IMG/VR virus record: IMGVR_UViG_2740892431_000015
Source: a virus
Lineage: Duplodnaviria > Heunggongvirae > Uroviricota > Caudoviricetes
Strand: one strand, 5' to 3'
Length of the DNA stretch: 9,944 nucleotides
Shown piece after piece: positions 6,902 through 9,944 of this stretch. The position numbers were made by a program, and so were the translations under genes. Numbering within the stretch: the stretch's first letter is position 1; each line of letters begins with the position of its first letter. Under the pieces are notes generated by a model. The model did not search any database, had not been told where the DNA came from, and was given only the letters and a program-made list of their open reading frames with translations.

Positions 6902-7060
6902 ATGAAAAACATTGCAGCTATCAAACGTAATAACCGCAAGATTCACGCTCGTAAGTTCCTGTCTACGCCAGAAGGAAAAGCCTGGCTAGAGCGTAAACAG
7001 AGAGAGAACGAAGAAAGAAAACTCCTTAATGAGTTGAAATGGCTTAGAGAGGATTTCTGA
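6902..7060 (+). CDS. Small basic protein (52 aa), below the ORF-track threshold: MKNIAAIKRNNRKIHARKFLSTPEGKAWLERKQRENEERKLLNELKWLREDF
   Basis: ATG at 6902 with AGAGG Shine-Dalgarno at 6891-6895 (6-nt spacer); TGA at 7058-7060; sits alone in AT-rich DNA that is otherwise noncoding. Confidence 0.45.
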   Translation: MKNIAAIKRNNRKIHARKFLSTPEGKAWLERKQRENEERKLLNELKWLREDF

Positions 7061-7224
7061 AAATCTCCAGAACGCAACAGGACGCATTCTAACGCTATTT
7101 TCATTGCTTGGTATAGGGATGTATAGGTGATGTGTGTTTAATGCGTCTGTGCGCTTGTTTTGTGCCTTATTTTGCATTTTCATAATGCAGAAGAGAACAC
7201 GGAAAACCTTAAAATTAATTATTG

Positions 7225-7262
7225 GGGTATTTAAGGGTATTTTCAGGTGATTTAAGGGTATT
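7225..7262 (+). repeat. GGGTATT(T/A) direct repeats, including two 13-bp copies ATTTAAGGGTATT spaced 20 bp apart
   Basis: gggtattt at 7225-7232 and 7235-7242, gggtatta at 7256-7263; related GGGGGTA pair at 6199-6220. Confidence 0.5.
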
Positions 7263-7330
7263 AAACTTGATTTAATTGATTAAAATATAAACAGATAGTT
7301 GTGTATCTTATTGATTTATAAGGTTATTTT

Positions 7331-7390
7331 TAAATAAAGGTAAATAAAAAATAAATAGCCATAAATAGCTATAAATACATCTAAATACCT
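7331..7390 (+). repeat. Six tandem 10-bp units of (A/T)TAAATA-type, 10-bp helical phasing (probable intrinsically curved DNA)
   Basis: taaataaagg, taaataaaaa, ataaatagcc, ataaatagct, ataaatacat, ctaaatacct occupying consecutive 10-bp blocks 7331-7390. Confidence 0.55.
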
Positions 7391-7872
7391 ATATCCCTTC
7401 CCTTATGGCTAGATTGCGAGAGGTGCTTAACGCGATTTTCAGCGCCCCCCGATCTGGAAAATCCAGAATCCCCAAATATCAGCAAGGAATTTTCTTGCGT
7501 AATCAACATCGTTTTTACCTATTAAATCATTACACAGAAAGCCTTTCTGTAATGTCTCTCACTAAACTTTCACTAAACACGAGAATGATCGGTTTTATGT
7601 CGGATCAGATGCTAGAAACAGCACCACGTCTCACAAGGACTGTAAGCGATGAAACCAGTGTTTATGCGGGTGCAGGTCAAAATATAGGCCAAAATCAATT
7701 TAACATAATAAACGTAATATGCACTAAGGAACACATAGAACGCCTTGAGTTGATGTATCAGGGGAAAAAAGTGATGGATTTTTTACGTAGGAGCACGAGA
7801 GGGCTTCTGTTGACTTTTGTATGCTATGAAACATAATTAAAGGTTTTTTTGTTTTTATTGTGTGATGTAGTG

Positions 7873-7900
7873 GATTACACAGGGGAATAGATTAAATGGT
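7873..7900 (+). repeat. Iteron copy GATTACACAGGGGAATAGATTAAATGG (ATTACACAGG family)
   Basis: Shares the ATTACACAGGG-AATA...GATTA-TGG pattern with the tandem copies at 8224-8287. Confidence 0.45.
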
Positions 7901-8223
7901 GTTCTGTTTATACAGGTTTATTTGTTAGATCAACAATTTGGCATTTCTAAACAGATGTTTGAACGTTGCCAAATGTCTTGACAACACAAGAAAAGGGCTT
8001 GCTATGCCACGCATTACACGAAATAAGGCTGTAAAAACAAAATAAATTTTAAAATTTGCACAAACGAGAAAACTCGTTAAGAAACAAGCAGAACAATTTT
8101 TAGCCAACAATTTCTGATGGTGCTCTGTAGGCCGCACTACACAAGGATTTGCGAAAGTGATGTAAAAGTGAAGAAAGTAAGAATTGCACTTTTAAGCTAC
8201 TTTTCATTGAATTTTTAGTATGG

Positions 8224-8287
8224 AATTACACAGGAATAAGTTAGGGATATTCTATGATTTACACAGGGAATATAGGGGATTATGGCA
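8224..8287 (+). repeat. Tandem pair of ~32-bp imperfect direct repeats (ATTACACAGG family iterons)
   Basis: aattacacaggaataagttagggatattctatg (8224-8256) and atttacacagggaatataggggattatggcac (8256-8287); further single cores at 8013-8020, 8136-8146, 8303-8311 and 9405-9415. Confidence 0.55.
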
Positions 8288-8459
8288 CACACATAGAAAG
8301 GCATTACACAGAGTGAGTGCTATGTGATGATTGGTAGTAACGGTAGGTCATAGTGAGCTAGGGGGTAGGTCACTGTGAACTACAATAAGACTATTAATAA
8401 AACTATATTAGATTATTAATTAGATCATAATAATAATATTCTTTATATCTATATATATG

Positions 8460-8880
8460 ATCTTTTGCCTTCCGGCGTTAGCTTCACTCTCTGGCAAGCA
8501 GCCTTACTCCGCTACCTTTCGGGCTTCGTGGCTGGCCCGTTCCGCTCACACCGAAAGCAAAGCGTTACTTTCTTCGTGTAACTTCGTTGGCGGTAACGCC
8601 CACGAAGAAATCTATTGCGCTGTGCGCAGTAAGAGTAATCACCTAACCAATCATACTGATTGCTTATGTGTTAACTCTCTCTAACTCTTAATTACCCTCC
8701 TACATTTAATAACTCTGTTATTCTCTGTAGTTGTGTAATTACTCGAAGAGAGAGCGGCTAAAGCTCAATTACACTCTGCTTTCCTCGTGTAATTTCACTA
8801 AGCCTCAATACAATTTCACTTCCTACATTCTGTAGTCGTGTAATTGTTTTCGGTGGAAAAGCCAGAGGCGACACCGAAAG
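8460..8880 (+). other. GC-enriched structured island inside AT-rich DNA; candidate structured ncRNA or single-strand initiation/origin hairpins
   Basis: Hairpin 8516-8557 (ctttcgg / ccgaaag); hairpin 8570-8609 (9-bp stem ttcttcgtg / cacgaagaa enclosing GGCG-GTAA-CGCC, a GNRA tetraloop); hairpin 8848-8879 (tttcggtg / caccgaaa); 10-mer ACACCGAAAG repeated at 8548-8557 and 8871-8880. The 75-aa ORF here has no ribosome-binding site. Confidence 0.3.
8721..8845 (+). repeat. Two direct repeats TTCT(CT)GTAGT(T/C)GTGTAATT carrying the iteron core in reverse orientation
   Basis: 8721-8740 and 8828-8845; further reverse-orientation cores CGTGTAA(C/T) at 8575-8582 and 8785-8793. Confidence 0.45.
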
Positions 8881-8888
8881 AGAATTCT

Positions 8889-8950
8889 GATCTTATTAAT
8901 CTTATCTATCTTAGTTAATCTTCTTACTTATCTTACTTACTTTATCTACT
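8889..8950 (+). repeat. Degenerate 9-bp tandem repeat (ATCTTAnnn) in a G-depleted pyrimidine-rich tract
   Basis: TCTTA at 8890, 8899, 8908, 8921, 8930 (mostly exact 9-bp spacing); only one G between 8889 and 8965 on the top strand. Confidence 0.5.
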
Positions 8951-9481
8951 TTATTATTAATAATAGCTTTATAAGCTCTCTGTGTAGCTCTCTGACGCAA
9001 GAAACAGCATTCAGGAAGGGAATCACCTTAGAAAAGGTGTTCTTTGCGTCATAATGTGTTTTATGAAGGATTCAGAGGTGTTTCATAACAGGAATGTATA
9101 GAGAATACTTTAGGTAATTAAAAATAAGGGGTCTAAATGCTTCTCTAACAGCATTAAGCAGGGTAGGGAATGGAAACGCATTGCCTACATATAATAAACT
9201 CACTACAGGGCTTTACAGGGCGTTTTATAAAGTGACTCTCTGTTTTATATCTACAATCACCTTTTCATATACCTAACAAATACAAAATAAGCCCCTTAAA
9301 TAAGCCTCTGGCGAGCTAAACAGACATTACATAAGAGAATGTATTGCTTTTATCAAAACTTCGTTAGAACGCGTTTTAGAGCGTTTTAGCGGATAATGAA
9401 GAATAGCACTACACAGAAGAGCACGAATTGCTAAGACAAATTATAACATGCTGAAAAAGATCGATTTTTTCGAAAAGGGTA

Positions 9482-9510
9482 TTGACAAATGTTTCTTTAT
9501 ATGTAATAAT
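9482..9510 (+). promoter_or_regulatory. Sigma70-type promoter candidate with extended -10 (TTGACA, 17-bp spacer, TGtAATAAT)
   Basis: Consensus -35 TTGACA at 9482-9487; TG at 9503-9504 and AATAAT at 9505-9510; would give a ~105-nt leader to the ATG at 9624. Confidence 0.45.
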
Positions 9511-9623
9511 AGGTATTAGAGGGACAGAAAAACATTCTTCTCTAAATAATCAAAATCAATGCACTTTGAAGCCGTCAGGCTTGCAAGGTGTTTTATTTCT
9601 TTTAACTGAATAAGGAGTTTTTT

Positions 9624-9812
9624 ATGAAATGGTTTACACCGGAGCACGTCGTAAAGGCATTTAAAAAAGGTGAGCTTACACGCCACCAAATAGTAATGAA
9701 TCGTAATATGGCAAGGAGTCGAGGTTATCCAGAGCGAGCAGCTTGCTTCAATGAAGCACTCAAGATTATTGATGAACTAAGAAAAAATGAAAAAGAATCT
9801 GAAACAGAGTAA
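9624..9812 (+). CDS. Small hypothetical protein (62 aa)
   Basis: Strong AAGGAG Shine-Dalgarno at 9612-9617 with 6-nt spacer; candidate promoter upstream; followed 19 bp later by a second gene with its own ribosome-binding site. Confidence 0.6.
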   Translation: MKWFTPEHVVKAFKKGELTRHQIVMNRNMARSRGYPERAACFNEALKIIDELRKNEKESETE

Positions 9813-9831
9813 AGAAGAGAAGGAGAAAACT

Positions 9832-9939
9832 ATGAGCGAAGCTACAGAAAAGAAAAGACAACCACGCACTTGCTTTCATATTCCTGATGAAGTATTTCAG
9901 GTGTTGTTTAAAGAAGCGGTGATGCTGCCAACTTACTGA
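9832..9939 (+). pseudogene. Gene truncated by IS1 insertion: native N-terminal ~28 codons (MSEATEKKRQPRTCFHIPDEVFQVLFKEA) run into the IS1 end and stop at TGA 9937-9939
   Basis: ATG at 9832 with AGGAG at 9821-9825; the reading frame continues into the IS1 terminal repeat (from 9918), so the native C-terminus is missing. Confidence 0.5.
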
Positions 9940-9944
9940 TTTAG
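9918..9944 (+). mobile_element. IS1 terminal inverted repeat (IRL-type end), 27-bp fragment; element body lies outside the window to the right
   Basis: GGTGATGCTGCCAACTTACTGATTTAG matches the IS1 left terminus as I remember it and is the exact inverse of bases 1-27. Confidence 0.85.

Noticed and set aside
6986-7183. 65-aa minus-strand ORF
   Set aside because: Antisense to the better-supported 52-aa plus-strand gene; implausible composition.
7405-7836. 143-aa plus-strand ORF in the AT-rich region
   Set aside because: No Shine-Dalgarno at the start, odd composition, and it spans an iteron-like core (7538-7548); kept only as a remote possibility of a decayed gene.
7925-8137. 70-aa minus-strand ORF
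   Set aside because: No ribosome-binding site, hydrophobic low-complexity translation, lies within the iteron field.
8457-8684. 75-aa plus-strand ORF in the GC-enriched island
   Set aside because: No ribosome-binding site, Cys-rich implausible protein; the region is better explained by nucleic-acid secondary structure.
6130-9620. DnaA boxes, tRNA or CRISPR features in the AT-rich region
   Set aside because: No TTATCCACA-type 9-mers with at most one mismatch found by eye, no tRNA T-loop signatures, and the repeats are not regularly spaced with unique spacers.

Overview
This 9.9-kb window is an accessory segment of enterobacterial type, bounded at both edges by 27-bp IS1 termini in inverted orientation. 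All calls rest on reading the sequence and on remembered family signatures; no searches were run. The left ~6.1 kb is a normal-GC coding block. It holds a 701-aa Ala/Gln/Lys-rich protein with a C-terminal glycine-zipper-like hydrophobic hairpin, starting 9 bp from the IS1 end. Convergent to it, 19 bp tail to tail, is a low-GC 4-TM membrane protein, a geometry resembling pore-forming bacteriocin plus immunity; a phage tape-measure or ejection protein is the alternative. The block also holds a ribbon-helix-helix regulator with a small tail-anchored membrane peptide, a PerC-like activator, a pRiA4b ORF3-family protein and a possible winged-helix gene, together with palindromic operators, 21-bp-phased iterons and a dispersed (CG)n-palindrome repeat family. 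The right ~3.8 kb is AT-rich and gene-poor, carrying only tiny ORFs, one of which is truncated by the right-hand IS1. It is dense in ~30-bp iterons in both orientations, 9- and 10-bp phased tandem repeats, and a GC-enriched island with hairpins including a GNRA tetraloop. I read this right half as a candidate replication/partition origin or structured-RNA locus whose partner protein is not evident in the window. No rRNA, tRNA or CRISPR array was seen.
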